From an uncultured Chloroflexia bacterium (GTDB lineage Bacteria; Chloroflexota; Limnocylindria; Limnocylindrales; CSP1-4): a DNA stretch of 64,000 nt. Below are positions 1 through 12,148 of this stretch, piece by piece (position 1 is the stretch's first letter; the number at the start of each line of letters is the position of its first letter). The translations under genes and the position numbers were made by a program. The notes below the pieces were generated by a model. That model was not told the origin of the DNA. It saw only the letters and a program-made list of their open reading frames with translations, and did not search any database. Location: positions 800,001 through 864,000 of the forward strand of contig CAVPPB010000001.1 in assembly GCA_963707215.1 (NCBI GenBank), given 5' to 3'.

Positions 1-1
1 C

Positions 2-1621
<1,620 letters not shown>

Positions 1622-1625
<4 letters not shown>

Positions 1626-2655
1626 GCGTCGACCTGCACACCCGCTACCTGGGCCTCGATCTCCGATCGCCGATCGTGGCCTCATCGTCCCCGTTCACCG
1701 GCCGGGAGGAGACCGCCCGGCTGATCGAGGAGGCCGGGCGTCGGGGCGATCGTCCTGCCGTCGCTCTTCGAGGAGGAGATCCTCAACGAGGAGATCCAGC
1801 TGAACCGCTCCCTCGAGGCCGGCACGGACCAGTTCGCCGAGGCGCTCGATTACTTCCCCGCCGTCGAGTCGTTCGCCGGCCTGGGGGACCGCTACCTGGC
1901 CCGCCTGGAGCGGATCAAGGCCTGGTCGTCGGTCCCGGTGATCGCCAGCCTCAACGCCACCACGACCGGCGGGTGGGTCCGCTATGCCCGGCTGATGCAG
2001 GACGCCGGGGCCGACGCCCTTGAGCTGAACCTGTACCGCGTCGCCGCCGACCCGGCCAGGACGGCGGTCGACATGGAGGCGGCTGACCTCGAGCTCGTCG
2101 CCGCGGTGGGCAGCTCGATCTCGATCCCCCTCTCCGTGAAGCTCAGTCCGTACTACTCGGCCTTCGCATCGTTCGCCCACCAGGTCGTGGGCCAGGGGGC
2201 CGACGGGCTCGTGCTCTTCAACCGCTTCTACCAGCCGGATCTCGACCTCGACACCCTCGACGTGGTCGCGAAGGTCGACCTGAGCCACCCCTCGGAGCTG
2301 CGGCTGCCGATGCGCTGGATCGCGATCCTGCGACCGCAGCTGGCCGAGCGGGGTGTCCCTGGCGGCGACCTCCGGCGTCCACACGGGAAGCGACGTCCTC
2401 AAGGCCCTCATGGTCGGGGCCGACGTGGCGATGATGACGTCCGCGCTGCTGCTCCACGGGCCGGAGCACGTCCGGACGGTGGAGGACGAGCTACGGGCCT
2501 GGATGGAGGAGCGCGAGTACGAGTCCGTCGCCCAGCTGCGCGGCAGCGCGAGCGCGGCATCGGTCGAGGACCCGTCGACGTTCGAGCGCGCCAACTACAT
2601 CGGCACGCTCCATTCCTGGACGGCCCCGCAGGAGCCGACCACCGCCGGCCGCTGA
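1622..2655 (+). CDS. Dihydroorotate dehydrogenase-like protein (PFOR-associated type), frameshifts near 1738 and 2350
   Basis: GTG overlaps the PFOR stop. Motifs YLGLDLRSPIVASSSP, SLFEEE, ALELNLY, VKLSPYY, LFNRFYQPD, AATSGVH, FERANY are spread over three frames. Confidence 0.9.
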
Positions 2656-2770
2656 GGGCCTCGGCCGAGCTCCGAGGAGCGCCGGCCCCGACGGGCCGAG
2701 GCACGGCGGAGGTTTCCGTCGGCCGCGGCCGTGCGGTACCCTCGCCACCCATGTGCGAGGTGAGCCCGGC

Positions 2771-5700
2771 GTGATCTGCTCGAGCTGCGGGACCGCGAAC
2801 GAGGCCGGCCAGAAGTTCTGCGGCGAGTGCGGCGCCCGCCTGGTGGCCGGCTGCCCGGCCTGCGGCACGCCGAACCCGCCCGGCCGCAAGTTCTGCGGTG
2901 AATGCGGCGCGGGCCTGGTCGAGGCCGCCGACGCGACCGGTGCGACCGGCGTGGCGGCGTCGGGCGGCGCCGGGGCGAGCCTGCCCGGGGCCGAGTCCGG
3001 CCCGGTCGCCGAGCGCCGCCTCGTCTCCGTCCTCTTCGCCGACCTGGTCGGCTTCACGACGCTCGCCGAGGGCCGCGACCCCGAGGAGACCCGCGACCTC
3101 CTGACCCGCTACTTCGATCTCGCCCGCGACGTCATCGAGCGGTACGGCGGCACGGTCGAGAAGTTCATCGGCGATGCGGTCATGGCCGTCTGGGGCGCCC
3201 CGGTCGCCCGGGAGGACGACGCCGAGCGAGCGGTCCGAGCTGGCCTCGAGCTCGTCGGCGCCGTGGGCTCGCTGGGGCCCGGGATCCAGGCCCGCGCCGG
3301 CATCCTGACCGGGGAGGCGGCCGTCACGCTCGGCGCGACGAACCAGGGGATGGTCGCCGGTGACCTGGTGAACACGGCGTCACGGCTCCAGGGTGCCGCC
3401 ACCCCCGGCGCGGTCCTCGTCGGCGAGACGACCCAGCGGGCCGCGTCACGGGCGATCGCCTTCGAGCCGGCCGGCGAGCAGCACCTCAAGGGCAAGACGG
3501 CTCCGATCCCCGCCTGGGTCGCGCTCCGTGTCGTCGCCGAGGTCGGCGGTCGCAATCGCAGCGAGGCGCTCGAGGCCCCGTTCGTCGGCCGGGACGACGA
3601 GCTGCGCCTGCTCAAGGACCTCTTCCACGCGACGAGCCGCGAGCAGCGGGCCCGGCTCGTGTCGGTCATCGGGCCGGCCGGCATCGGCAAGACCCGCCTG
3701 GCCTGGGAGTTCCTCAAGTACATCGACGGCCTCGTCGAGACGGTCTGGTGGCACGACGGTCGCTCGCCGGCCTACGGCGACGGCATCAGCTTCTGGGCGC
3801 TGGGCGAGATGGTCCGCGAGCGGGCCGGTCTGCTGGAGACCGACGACGAGCCACGACACGTGCCCGGATCGCCGAGACGGTCGCCGAGCACGTGCCCGAC
3901 CCCGACGAGCGCCGCTGGATCGAGCCGGCGCTGCTCGCCCTCCTCGGCGTGGAGACCGGGCTGGGCGCGGACCAGCTCTTCGGGGCCTGGCGGACGTTCT
4001 TCGAGCGGATGGCAGCGACAGCACCGGTGGTCATGGTCTTCGAGGACCACCACTTCGCCGATGGCGGGCTCCTCGACTTCGTCGACCACCTGCTCGACTG
4101 GAGCCGCAACGTCCCGATCTACGTCCTGACGCTCTCGCGCCCGGAGCTGCTGGAGCGACGGCCCGACTGGGGCGTCGGGAAGCGGAGCTTCGCCTCGCTC
4201 TACCTGGAGCCGCTGTCGGCGGCCCAGATGGCCGAGCTGCTGGCCGGCCTCGTGCCGGGCCTTCCCGAGGAGGCGGTCGCGGCCATCGTCGCCCGAGCCG
4301 ACGGGATGCCGCTCTACGCGGTCGAGACCGTCCGGATGCTCCTGGCCGAGGGGCGTCTGGCGCAGGAGGGCGACGCCTACCGACCGGTCGGCGACCTGAC
4401 CGAGCTGGCCGTGCCGGAGACGCTCACGGCGCTGATCGCCTCGCGCCTGGACGCGCTCGACCCCGACGACCGGGCCCTGGTCCACGACGCGGCCGTGCTG
4501 GGCCAGAGCTTCACCGTGGACTCGCTGGCGGCGGTGACCGGGATCGACGCCGCGTCGCTGGAACCGCGACTCCGGGCCTCGTCCGGCGGGAGCTGCTGAC
4601 CCTGGAGGCCGATCCCCGCTCGCCCGGAGCGCGGCCAGTACGCCTTCGTCCAGGCCCTCATCCGCGAGGTCGCCTACAACACCCTGGCCAGGCGCGACCG
4701 CAAGACCCGCCACCTGGCGGCGGCACGATTCTTCGAGCTCGCTCGGTTCCGACGAGCTCGCCGGTGCCCTGGCCGGGCACTACGTCGCCGCGTACCGGAA
4801 CGCCGGCGAGGGGGCGGAGGCCGACACGCTGGCAGCCCAGGCCCGGGTGGCCCTCCGGGCCGCCGCCGAGCGGGCGATCCGGCTGGGCTCGCCGGCCCAG
4901 GCCGTGCTGTTCCTCGACCAGGCCCTCGAGGTGACGCGCGACGAAGCCGAGTCGGCACAGCTCCTCGAGCGGGTCGGCCGCGCGGCCCAGGACGCCGGCC
5001 TCACCGAGGTCGCCGAGGACCGGGCCCGGCGGGCGATCGACCTGCGTCGCTCGCTGGGCGATGCCGACGCCATCGCCGGCGCCACCGCGATGCTCGGGGA
5101 GTTCCTCACGACCGGGCTGCGGCCGGAGGCGGCGCTGGCGATCCTCCAGCCTGCCATCGAGGAGCTGATCGGGCCCGCGGCCTCGACCGGGCAGGGCGAG
5201 CCGACGATCGGACCCGGCGGGGTGGCGCTCCTCGCCCAGCTCGCGCGGGCGTACTTCTTCAACGAGTCCTACGGGCGGGCGATCGAGGTCATCGACCGGG
5301 CGCTGGCCGAGGGCGAGCGGCTGGACCTGGTCGGGGTCGTCAGCGACGCCCTCATCACCCGCGGCGGCGCCCTCAGCCACGTCGGCCGGATGTACGAAGG
5401 GTCGGGCGCGATGCAGGCCGGGGTGGAGCTCGCCGAGCGGCACGGCCTGGTGCGGACGGCGCTGCGCGGCCGCCTCAATCTCGCCGTGTTCCAGGGTGGT
5501 TCGGATCCCAGGGCCGGTCTGGCGAACAGCCGGGAGGCCCTCGACCTCGCGCGGCGTCTCGGGCTCGAATCGTTCGTCCGGACGCTCGTGGGGAACGCCG
5601 CCGGTGCCGCCGCGGACGTCGGCGAGTGGGACTGGGCGGTCCAGGAGATCACCGCGGCCCACGACGAGGGCCCGGACGAGTTCGCCCGCAACTACGCGAG

Positions 5701-6367
5701 CTGGCAGCTGATCTACTTCCATGCGTGGCGCGGCGAGGACGTCACGACCGAGGTGGCGCGTCTCGCCGCGTGGGCCGAGGGGTTCGACGAGACCGGGGCA
5801 CGTGAGGCGGTCCACGATCTCCGGGCCGTCGCGGCCTTCGGGATCGGCGAGTGGTCCGTCGCTGCCGACGAATGGCTGGCCTACGCGCCGAGCGATGCCT
5901 TGAACGCTCCGGGTGCGTACGTCTTCGCCGGCCTCGCGGCGTTGCTGGCCGGCGACGGCACGACGGCAGCGACAGCGCTGGCGGCCCTGGTACGCACCGC
6001 TCGACGCGGGCCCATGCCGTCGCTCGACCGGCGACTGCTGGACGCGGGGATCGCGATCCTCGACGGGCGCGAGGCCGAGGGACGGCGCGACGCACTGGCG
6101 GTCATCGCAGGGTATGCCGACCTCGGCCTGCCGTGGCGCCAGGCCCTCGGTTCGCTCATGCTGGCCGAACGACTCGGCGCCGACGATCCCGAGACGCGGG
6201 CGGCGGCCGAGATGGCCCGAGCCATCTTCGAGCGCCTGGGCGCCCGACCGTTCCTCGAGCGGCTGGAGGCGGCGCTGGCGGGGAAGGCTCGCGCGGTCTC
6301 GGGCGGAGGCGTGCGGGTCGAACCGGGATCGCCGATCGCCACCGAGCGCACGGTGCCGCGGGGCTGA
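2771..6367 (+). CDS. Double zinc-ribbon, class III adenylate/guanylate cyclase, AAA ATPase and TPR-like protein (frameshifts near 3850, 4575 and 4740)
   Basis: Four CxxC pairs at the N-terminus. Cyclase motifs LFADLVGFT, KFIGDAVMAVWG, GDLVNTASRLQ. P-loop GPAGIGKTRL. YAFVQALIREVAY motif and a helical C-terminus. Confidence 0.9.
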
Positions 6368-6514
6368 CGGGTCCGAGCTGTCCCGACGACGGTCGGCTCC
6401 ACTAGACGGCCCCGCCCTGGGCGGCCGCCGAGCTGTCCGCCGGCGGCCCGGACGAGCGGTTCGTGTACCACAGGCGCGAGCGCTGGCCGACCCCGCGCAC
6501 CCTATGCTTGCCGC

Positions 6515-7693
6515 ATGTCACGGTCAGTCGACACTCGAGCTCGCCCGTGGGTGCTGGTCACCGGCCCGGACCAATCCCGGGCTGCGGTGGCCGCTGTCCG
6601 GCTGCTCGCCGCGGCGGGCTACCGGCCGGCGGTGACCCACACCGGCCGGACATCGCTGGCGGCGGCGTCCCGGCACTGCCGCCGTCGCGTCAGGGTACCT
6701 TCGGCCGAGCTCGATCCGGACCGCTATCGGGCCGCTATCGAAGCCGAGTCGGCCGCCCGCGGATACCTCGCGGTCTTGCCAGGAAGCGATCCGGCGCTAC
6801 GGGCCCTCGGCCGTCCGGAGGCCCGCTTCACCGACAAGCTCTACACCGCAAGGCGGGCTGCTGAGGCCGGGATCGAGACGCCGCCGACCCGCGTCTTCGA
6901 CTCCTATCGCGACCTGCTCGACGCCGGCGGCGACCTTGACTACCCGATCGTCGTCAAGCCGGACGTGAAGCGCTTCCTGGCCCAGCGGGTCGACCGACGC
7001 GAAGAGCTCAGCCGGGTCCCGGACGGCAGCGGGCGGCTGGTCGTCCAGCCGTTCCTCGGCGACGACCTCCACGGGATCATCGGGCTCACCTGGCAGGGTC
7101 GGCTCATTGCCGCGACCCGGATGCGCTATCTGCGGATCTGGCCTCGTCCGGCCGGGACCGTGGCAGCTGCCGTGACGATCGAGCGGGACCCGGTGCTCGA
7201 GGCCCGGCTCGAGCAACTGCTCGCCGATCATGACGGCCTGTTCCACGCCGACCTGATCGGGCCATACCTGTTGGATCTCAACCCGCGGATCCATGCCGCC
7301 CTGCCGCTCGCGGCGGCAGCCGGGTCGGACGTGATTCGAGCCTATGGCGCTCTCCTGGAGGGCCGCGAGCCAAGGTCGGTCCGGGGCCGGGCGGGCGTCA
7401 GGTTCCGGTGGATCGAGGGCGACCTGCGAAGCCTCATCCACCAGGTGCGCCGCGGCCGGATCTCGATCGGCGACGCGGTGCGCTGGGCCCTGCCCCGGCC
7501 CGGCACCGTCCACGGCCTCGTGTCGGTCCAGGACCCGGGGCCGTGCCTGGCCCGCCTTCGGTTCCTGCCGGAGAACCTCGAGGTGCGCCGGAACCGGCGA
7601 CGAGAAGAGCGGCGACGGGCAGCGCTGGTCGCCCGACAAGCCGGGCGCGAGCCCGCGACCCGGGACGTCGACGACGCCTCGTCCGCCCACTGA
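6515..7693 (+). CDS. ATP-grasp domain protein
   Basis: Motifs DKLYT..A..AGIETP, YPIVVKP, LVVQPFL, LLDLNPRI. TATGCT -10 box 6 nt before the ATG. Confidence 0.75.
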   Translation: MSRSVDTRARPWVLVTGPDQSRAAVAAVRLLAAAGYRPAVTHTGRTSLAAASRHCRRRVRVPSAELDPDRYRAAIEAESAARGYLAVLPGSDPALRALGRPEARFTDKLYTARRAAEAGIETPPTRVFDSYRDLLDAGGDLDYPIVVKPDVKRFLAQRVDRREELSRVPDGSGRLVVQPFLGDDLHGIIGLTWQGRLIAATRMRYLRIWPRPAGTVAAAVTIERDPVLEARLEQLLADHDGLFHADLIGPYLLDLNPRIHAALPLAAAAGSDVIRAYGALLEGREPRSVRGRAGVRFRWIEGDLRSLIHQVRRGRISIGDAVRWALPRPGTVHGLVSVQDPGPCLARLRFLPENLEVRRNRRREERRRAALVARQAGREPATRDVDDASSAH

Positions 7694-7729
7694 CCGAGTC
7701 GATCCCGAAGACCGACCGAGGTCGTCAGC

Positions 7730-8578
7730 TCAGCCGGCCCCTTGCTCCGGGCCGTCGGGTCCCGCGTAGTGCACCGGATGGTCCGCGGCCAGCTGCTCGA
7801 TCCAGGTCGCGCGGTCCGGTGGGATCCGCCGACCCTGCTCGAGGATCGCCTTGACGACCGGGCAGGTCGCCCGACCGCTGAACCGGAACCGGAACCGGAA
7901 CCGCGTCAGGCTGGCTCGCGGGTGACCGGCGGCCCTGACGAGCGCCCAGCCCTCGACAGCCATCATCGCGGGCCGTGACCAGCCGCCGGCAGCAGCCGCG
8001 CGAGCGCCGACGATCGCCGCCCGCCGGGCCGGCCCGAACAGCCTGGCCGCCTCGCGGACCCCCTCCGGGTCCGCCCGCAGGAGGCCACGGACGCCCTTCG
8101 CCTCCAGCCCGACCTCATGCCGCCGCCCACCTGGCCGCGTTCCGTTGAGGAGCAGCTTGAACAGGCCTTCGGCGCCGGGTCGGAGGCGGCGGAAGCCACG
8201 CGAGTCCAGGATGGTCATCGGCAGCAGGTCGTCCAGGACGAACAGGGTGGAACCCCGCCAGAACCGGCGGGCCTTGGTGCCCATCTCGAGGAAGGTCTCG
8301 GAGTCAGCCGGGATCGCGATCAGGTTCAACCCGCCGGGGATGTGCCGACACACGACGACGGGACCGACCTCGGTCGCCACCGCCCAGCGCCGGAACTCGG
8401 TCTCGATGTCCTGCCAGGATGCCGCGGGCGCGGCCGCGTCGATGTCCCCGGTGCCTCGAAAGGCCGACTCAGCGTTCTTCCAGACGAGCCAGTGAGGCTC
8501 CACCTCGGTCAACCGCCGTAGCAGCGGCAGCCAGAGCGCCAGGCGGTCGCCGGCTTCGGGGCGAGTGGTCGAGCTCAT
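7730..8578 (-). CDS. Hypothetical protein, possible nucleotidyltransferase-like fold
   Basis: 282-aa ORF with WLVWKN..GTGDIDAA (GDxD-like motif). TATGCT -10 box just upstream. Confidence 0.55.
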   Translation of the reverse strand: MSSTTRPEAGDRLALWLPLLRRLTEVEPHWLVWKNAESAFRGTGDIDAAAPAASWQDIETEFRRWAVATEVGPVVVCRHIPGGLNLIAIPADSETFLEMGTKARRFWRGSTLFVLDDLLPMTILDSRGFRRLRPGAEGLFKLLLNGTRPGGRRHEVGLEAKGVRGLLRADPEGVREAARLFGPARRAAIVGARAAAAGGWSRPAMMAVEGWALVRAAGHPRASLTRFRFRFRFSGRATCPVVKAILEQGRRIPPDRATWIEQLAADHPVHYAGPDGPEQGAG

Positions 8579-8649
8579 GGCCGGCCAAGCATACGGATCC
8601 GGTCCACCTCGGCAGGGCCGCTGCGAACGGGTGCCAGGCGTCGACGACC

Positions 8650-8766
8650 GATCCGCCCGCCGACCGGCTCTTCGCCGGCAGCCTGGACGATCGGTTCGAG
8701 TACGGGCTCGGTCTCATCCTCGACGGGATCGAGCGGAGGGTCGGGCGCCGCCGCCCGGCGATCTGA
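8650..8766 (+). pseudogene. C-terminal remnant of a TetR-family regulator
   Basis: DDRFEYGLGLILDGIERR matches the TetR C-terminal helix. No HTH or plausible start lies upstream. Confidence 0.5.
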
Positions 8767-8800
8767 CCGCTTCTCGAGCGACGGCCGGGCGCAGCCCGCC

Positions 8801-9298
8801 CTACTCGTTCGGGTCGCGGTCGGCCGGCCAGGTGCCCATGACCTGGCGAAGGATGGCGAACTCGCCGAGGTGGTAGGCGTCGTGTGCCGCCACGATGCGG
8901 ATCTCGCGCAGGATCGTGTGGCCCGGCGTGCCCGGGATGACGGCGAGGAGGTCGGTCCCCGGATCGGCGACGAGGTCACGGAGCGCCCGCTGATCGGCTC
9001 GGAAGGCCTCGACCGAGGCGGCGAACCCGGCCGGCGTCGTCGTCGCGTCGCGCGGCGGCCAGTACTCGTCTGGCCAGGTCGGCGCCAGGTAGGCCCGGTT
9101 CCGGATGTAGTCGAGGATGTCCCACTGGGCCATCCGGATGTGCTCCAGCAGGTGCCAGGGCGTGTACGGCAGGTCCGGCGCCGGCCGATTGATCGCAGCG
9201 TCGGGGAAGTCGCGGACCGCGGCGTCGAACGGCAGGTGGGCGTCGTGGCCGTCGATCGCGGCGATGAGCTGCTCGCGGAGCGGATCGGTCGTGGTCAT
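8801..9298 (-). CDS. DinB family protein
   Basis: TPWHLLEHIR..Q.DIL and HDAYHLGE His triad. ATG at 9298 with GGAGG RBS. Confidence 0.85.
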   Translation of the reverse strand: MTTTDPLREQLIAAIDGHDAHLPFDAAVRDFPDAAINRPAPDLPYTPWHLLEHIRMAQWDILDYIRNRAYLAPTWPDEYWPPRDATTTPAGFAASVEAFRADQRALRDLVADPGTDLLAVIPGTPGHTILREIRIVAAHDAYHLGEFAILRQVMGTWPADRDPNE

Positions 9299-9355
9299 GG
9301 CGTCCCTCCGGTGACGGGTCGCGGCCATGGTGCGCCGCCGGCAGGACGGCGTCGA

Positions 9356-9430
9356 CCGCCGGAAGGCCTCGCCCGCCGGAAGGCCTCGCCCGCCGGAAGG
9401 CCTCGCCCGCCGGAAGGCCTCGCCCGCCGG
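9356..9430. repeat. Tandem repeat, 17-bp unit CCGCCGGAAGGCCTCGC, 4 full copies plus a partial fifth
   Basis: Four exact adjacent copies with no spacers, in the divergent dinB/panB intergenic region. Confidence 0.95.
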
Positions 9431-9651
9431 CCCGCTCGCCATGCGGGTATGCCCAGACCTGACTGGCGGCGGGGTGCCGGACTCCCCAGGCGCCGCGCCA
9501 TCCGCGCCACGCGCACGGCGACCGGCCGCGGTCGCGGATCACCCGAACCGAGATCCCGGGTCACCCGAAGCACGGGCCCAAGGGCCCTACCCGCCCGGAC
9601 CGCCTCGCTCGACGATCGCCCCGGACCCGAACGCATGGACTGGAGAGCGCG

Positions 9652-10533
9652 GTGACCGAACCTGAGGCCCCCCCTCGCAAGCGGATGACCCTGCCCGGCC
9701 TGATGGCCAAGACGGCCGAGGGCACCCCGATCACCTGGCTGACCTGCTACGACTACCCGACGGCCTATCTCCAGGACCAGGCCGGAGTCGACATGATCCT
9801 GGTCGGCGACAGCCTGGGCATGACGATGCTGGGCTACGACAGCACCCTGCCGGTGACGATGGACGACATGATCCGCCACACCGCCGCGGTCCGGCGGGGC
9901 GCGCCAAACGCCTGGGTCGTCGGCGACATGCCGTACATGAGCTACCAGCCGAGCGTCGAGACGGCCATCCGCAACGCCGGCCGCTTCATGGCCGAGACCG
10001 GCTGCGACGCGGTCAAGCTCGAGGGCGGCGCCGAGATGGCCGACCGGATCGAGGGCATCGCCCGGGCCGGCATCCCGGTCATCGGCCACCTGGGCCTGAC
10101 GCCGCAGAGCGCCGGCGCCCTCGGCGGCTTCCGCCTCCAGGGCAAGGGCGCCGCCCAGGCGAAGAAGATCGTCGACGACGCCCGGATCCTCGAGGAGGCC
10201 GGCGCCTTCTGCATCCTCCTCGAGCTCGTCCCCGACCGCGTCTGCGCGCTCATCACCCAGCGGTCGAAGGGCGCCATCATCATGAGCCTGGGCTCGGGCC
10301 CGGACGCCGACGGCCAGCTGCTCATCTACCACGACGCGTTCGCCTTGTACCCGAAGTTCAAGCCCCGGATGGCCAAGGTCTTCGCCGATGCCGGAGCGGT
10401 CATCCGCGAGGGCCTGGACGCCTACGTGACCGAGGTCACCGAACGGACCTTCCCGGCGCCGGAGAACTGGTTCGGCATGAAGGACGAGGAGTACGGCGAG
10501 CTGGTGCGGCTCGTCGAGGAGGGCTCGAAGTGA
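9652..10533 (+). CDS. panB: 3-methyl-2-oxobutanoate hydroxymethyltransferase
   Basis: Motifs YDYPTA, ILVGDSLGM, GDMPYMSY, VKLEGG, GHLGLTPQS, DGQLLIYHD. Confidence 0.93.
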   Translation: MTEPEAPPRKRMTLPGLMAKTAEGTPITWLTCYDYPTAYLQDQAGVDMILVGDSLGMTMLGYDSTLPVTMDDMIRHTAAVRRGAPNAWVVGDMPYMSYQPSVETAIRNAGRFMAETGCDAVKLEGGAEMADRIEGIARAGIPVIGHLGLTPQSAGALGGFRLQGKGAAQAKKIVDDARILEEAGAFCILLELVPDRVCALITQRSKGAIIMSLGSGPDADGQLLIYHDAFALYPKFKPRMAKVFADAGAVIREGLDAYVTEVTERTFPAPENWFGMKDEEYGELVRLVEEGSK

Positions 10534-11810
10534 CGACCGCGCTGCGCCCCGACCTGCGCGGACGGCTGGCGATCCCGGCCGACCGGCTTGCCGAGCTCAA
10601 CGCCCTCTTCCTCGACCCAGGCAGCCGGGTCGTCAACGACCTCCTTGAGGTCGTTGACCGCTATGGCACGCCCGATGAGATCAACCGCCGGGCCGCCGAG
10701 GCCGGTGCGCTGCCGGCGCTCCTCGACAGGGTCCGGGCGACCAAGGCCGAGTACCTGGCCGACCTCGAGTGGCTGGCGGAGCGGCGCGATGCCGGCGCCT
10801 TCATCGGCGTCGACGAGTTCCGCCGCTCCGTCCTGGGGCCCCGGTACGACGCGACCACCTTCCGCGAGACGGCCCCGGTGACCCTGGAGATCAGCGCCTG
10901 CCAGTACTTCCCATGGGTCATCGCGGCGGCCCGCCGGACCATCGAGCAGCGCTCGCTCATGCCGGGTCGCTGGATCCGGGTCCGAAAGATGCGCGAGCAG
11001 GAGCTCGACGGCGACCTGCCGGCGATGCACGCCGCGATGCGGATCATCGGCGCCAGCATCGTCGAGACACTCGACACGAAGGGCACCGACGGCTCGAACA
11101 TCCACCTCGACGGCCCGGCCACGATCACCGGCTACTTCGGCGGCGTCGGCCAGCCCAACGAGCACGCCCTCATGTGGGCCGACGAGTTCCTCCGCTACTA
11201 CACCGAGTACGGCGTCCGCCAGGTCCTCAACGTCAACCCGGGCACCGTGCTCGTCGGCTACCTGCTCTATCGCCTGGGCGTGGACATCGAGTTCAAGATC
11301 TCGGTCTTCATGGGCAACGACAACCCCTACGCCGGCCTGTGGACCCTGCTGGGCGCCCGGCTGTTCGCCCGTGAGGACGGCTCGACCCCGCTCGTCGGCT
11401 TCAACTGGAGCAACTCGGTCGACAACACGACCCTGGAGATCTCCGCCGAGGTCCGCCGGGCGCTCGGCCTGGAGGACGCGGTCCGCTTCGAGCACCACAT
11501 CACCGAGACCCAGCGATCGATCGTCCGCCAGCCCTATGACCGCCGGGCCGAGCTGGTGGCGCTCTGCGACCACGTCCCCAACGTCTCGGCCAAGCACGAG
11601 GGCGGCGACCCGGAGGTGGAGGCCACCCACGACCATCCGTCGGACATCCTCGACTACTTCCGGGACAAGGACGAGATCATCGCCAGCGGCGATTGGGACG
11701 CCCTCACGGACGACTTCATCGACAAGCTCGACGCGACGAACCACACGGCGAGGGACCTGACCGAGGCCGGCCTGGCATACGTGGCGGCCCAGGAGCTGCA
11801 CCACCGCTAG
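10530..11810 (+). CDS. Conserved hypothetical protein (enzyme-like), translationally coupled to panB
   Basis: 426-aa ORF with strongly coding-like codon usage and a GTGA overlap with the panB stop. No family recognised. Confidence 0.85.
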   Translation: MTTALRPDLRGRLAIPADRLAELNALFLDPGSRVVNDLLEVVDRYGTPDEINRRAAEAGALPALLDRVRATKAEYLADLEWLAERRDAGAFIGVDEFRRSVLGPRYDATTFRETAPVTLEISACQYFPWVIAAARRTIEQRSLMPGRWIRVRKMREQELDGDLPAMHAAMRIIGASIVETLDTKGTDGSNIHLDGPATITGYFGGVGQPNEHALMWADEFLRYYTEYGVRQVLNVNPGTVLVGYLLYRLGVDIEFKISVFMGNDNPYAGLWTLLGARLFAREDGSTPLVGFNWSNSVDNTTLEISAEVRRALGLEDAVRFEHHITETQRSIVRQPYDRRAELVALCDHVPNVSAKHEGGDPEVEATHDHPSDILDYFRDKDEIIASGDWDALTDDFIDKLDATNHTARDLTEAGLAYVAAQELHHR

Positions 11811-11846
11811 CTCGACGACGGGCTTCACGGCAGGCTCGCCGGCGGA

Positions 11847-11910
11847 CTCGACAGCCGGTCGCCGGCAGCTTCGACGGCCTCGACAGCGGGTCGCCGGTCG
11901 CCTCAACGGC
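11847..11910. repeat. Imperfect 32-bp direct repeat, 2 copies
   Basis: CTCGACAGCCGGTCGCCGGCAGCTTCGACGGC versus CTCGACAGCGGGTCGCCGGTCGCCTCAACGGC (27/32 identical). Confidence 0.75.
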
Positions 11911-11927
11911 CGCTCGTTCTTCGCAGA

Positions 11928-12096
11928 TACCAGCGGCACTGGTGGTATCACGGCGGTGGCCCGTCGGTGACGGTCCGTGGACCTCGGCGCACGCACGGCG
12001 GCGGCCCTGATCGCTCCATACCACCAGTGGGGCTGGTGCGGCGCGAGGATCGCTTGCATAGCACCAGCCACGCTGGTAGACGACAAGATCGGGCCG
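11928..12096. repeat. Nested inverted-repeat (structured) intergenic element
   Basis: Perfect complementary pairs: 11928-35/12071-78, 11937-48/12018-29 and 12031-39/12061-69. Confidence 0.75.
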
Positions 12097-12148
12097 AGGC
12101 CCGGACGCCGCACCGGGCGACTCCTGCAGCCTCCCTTCCGTCGGCTCG

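Noticed and set aside
7880-7903. GAACCG hexamer repeat
   Set aside because: A short in-frame microsatellite encoding RFRFRF. The unit is a multiple of three, so it cannot act as a phase-variation switch.
9356-9430. Possible CRISPR array
   Set aside because: The units are 17 bp, directly adjacent and without spacers, and there are no cas genes in the window.
12001-12096. tRNA gene
   Set aside because: There is no T-loop GTTCRA or D-loop consensus and the stems do not form a cloverleaf. It is reported as a structured repeat instead.
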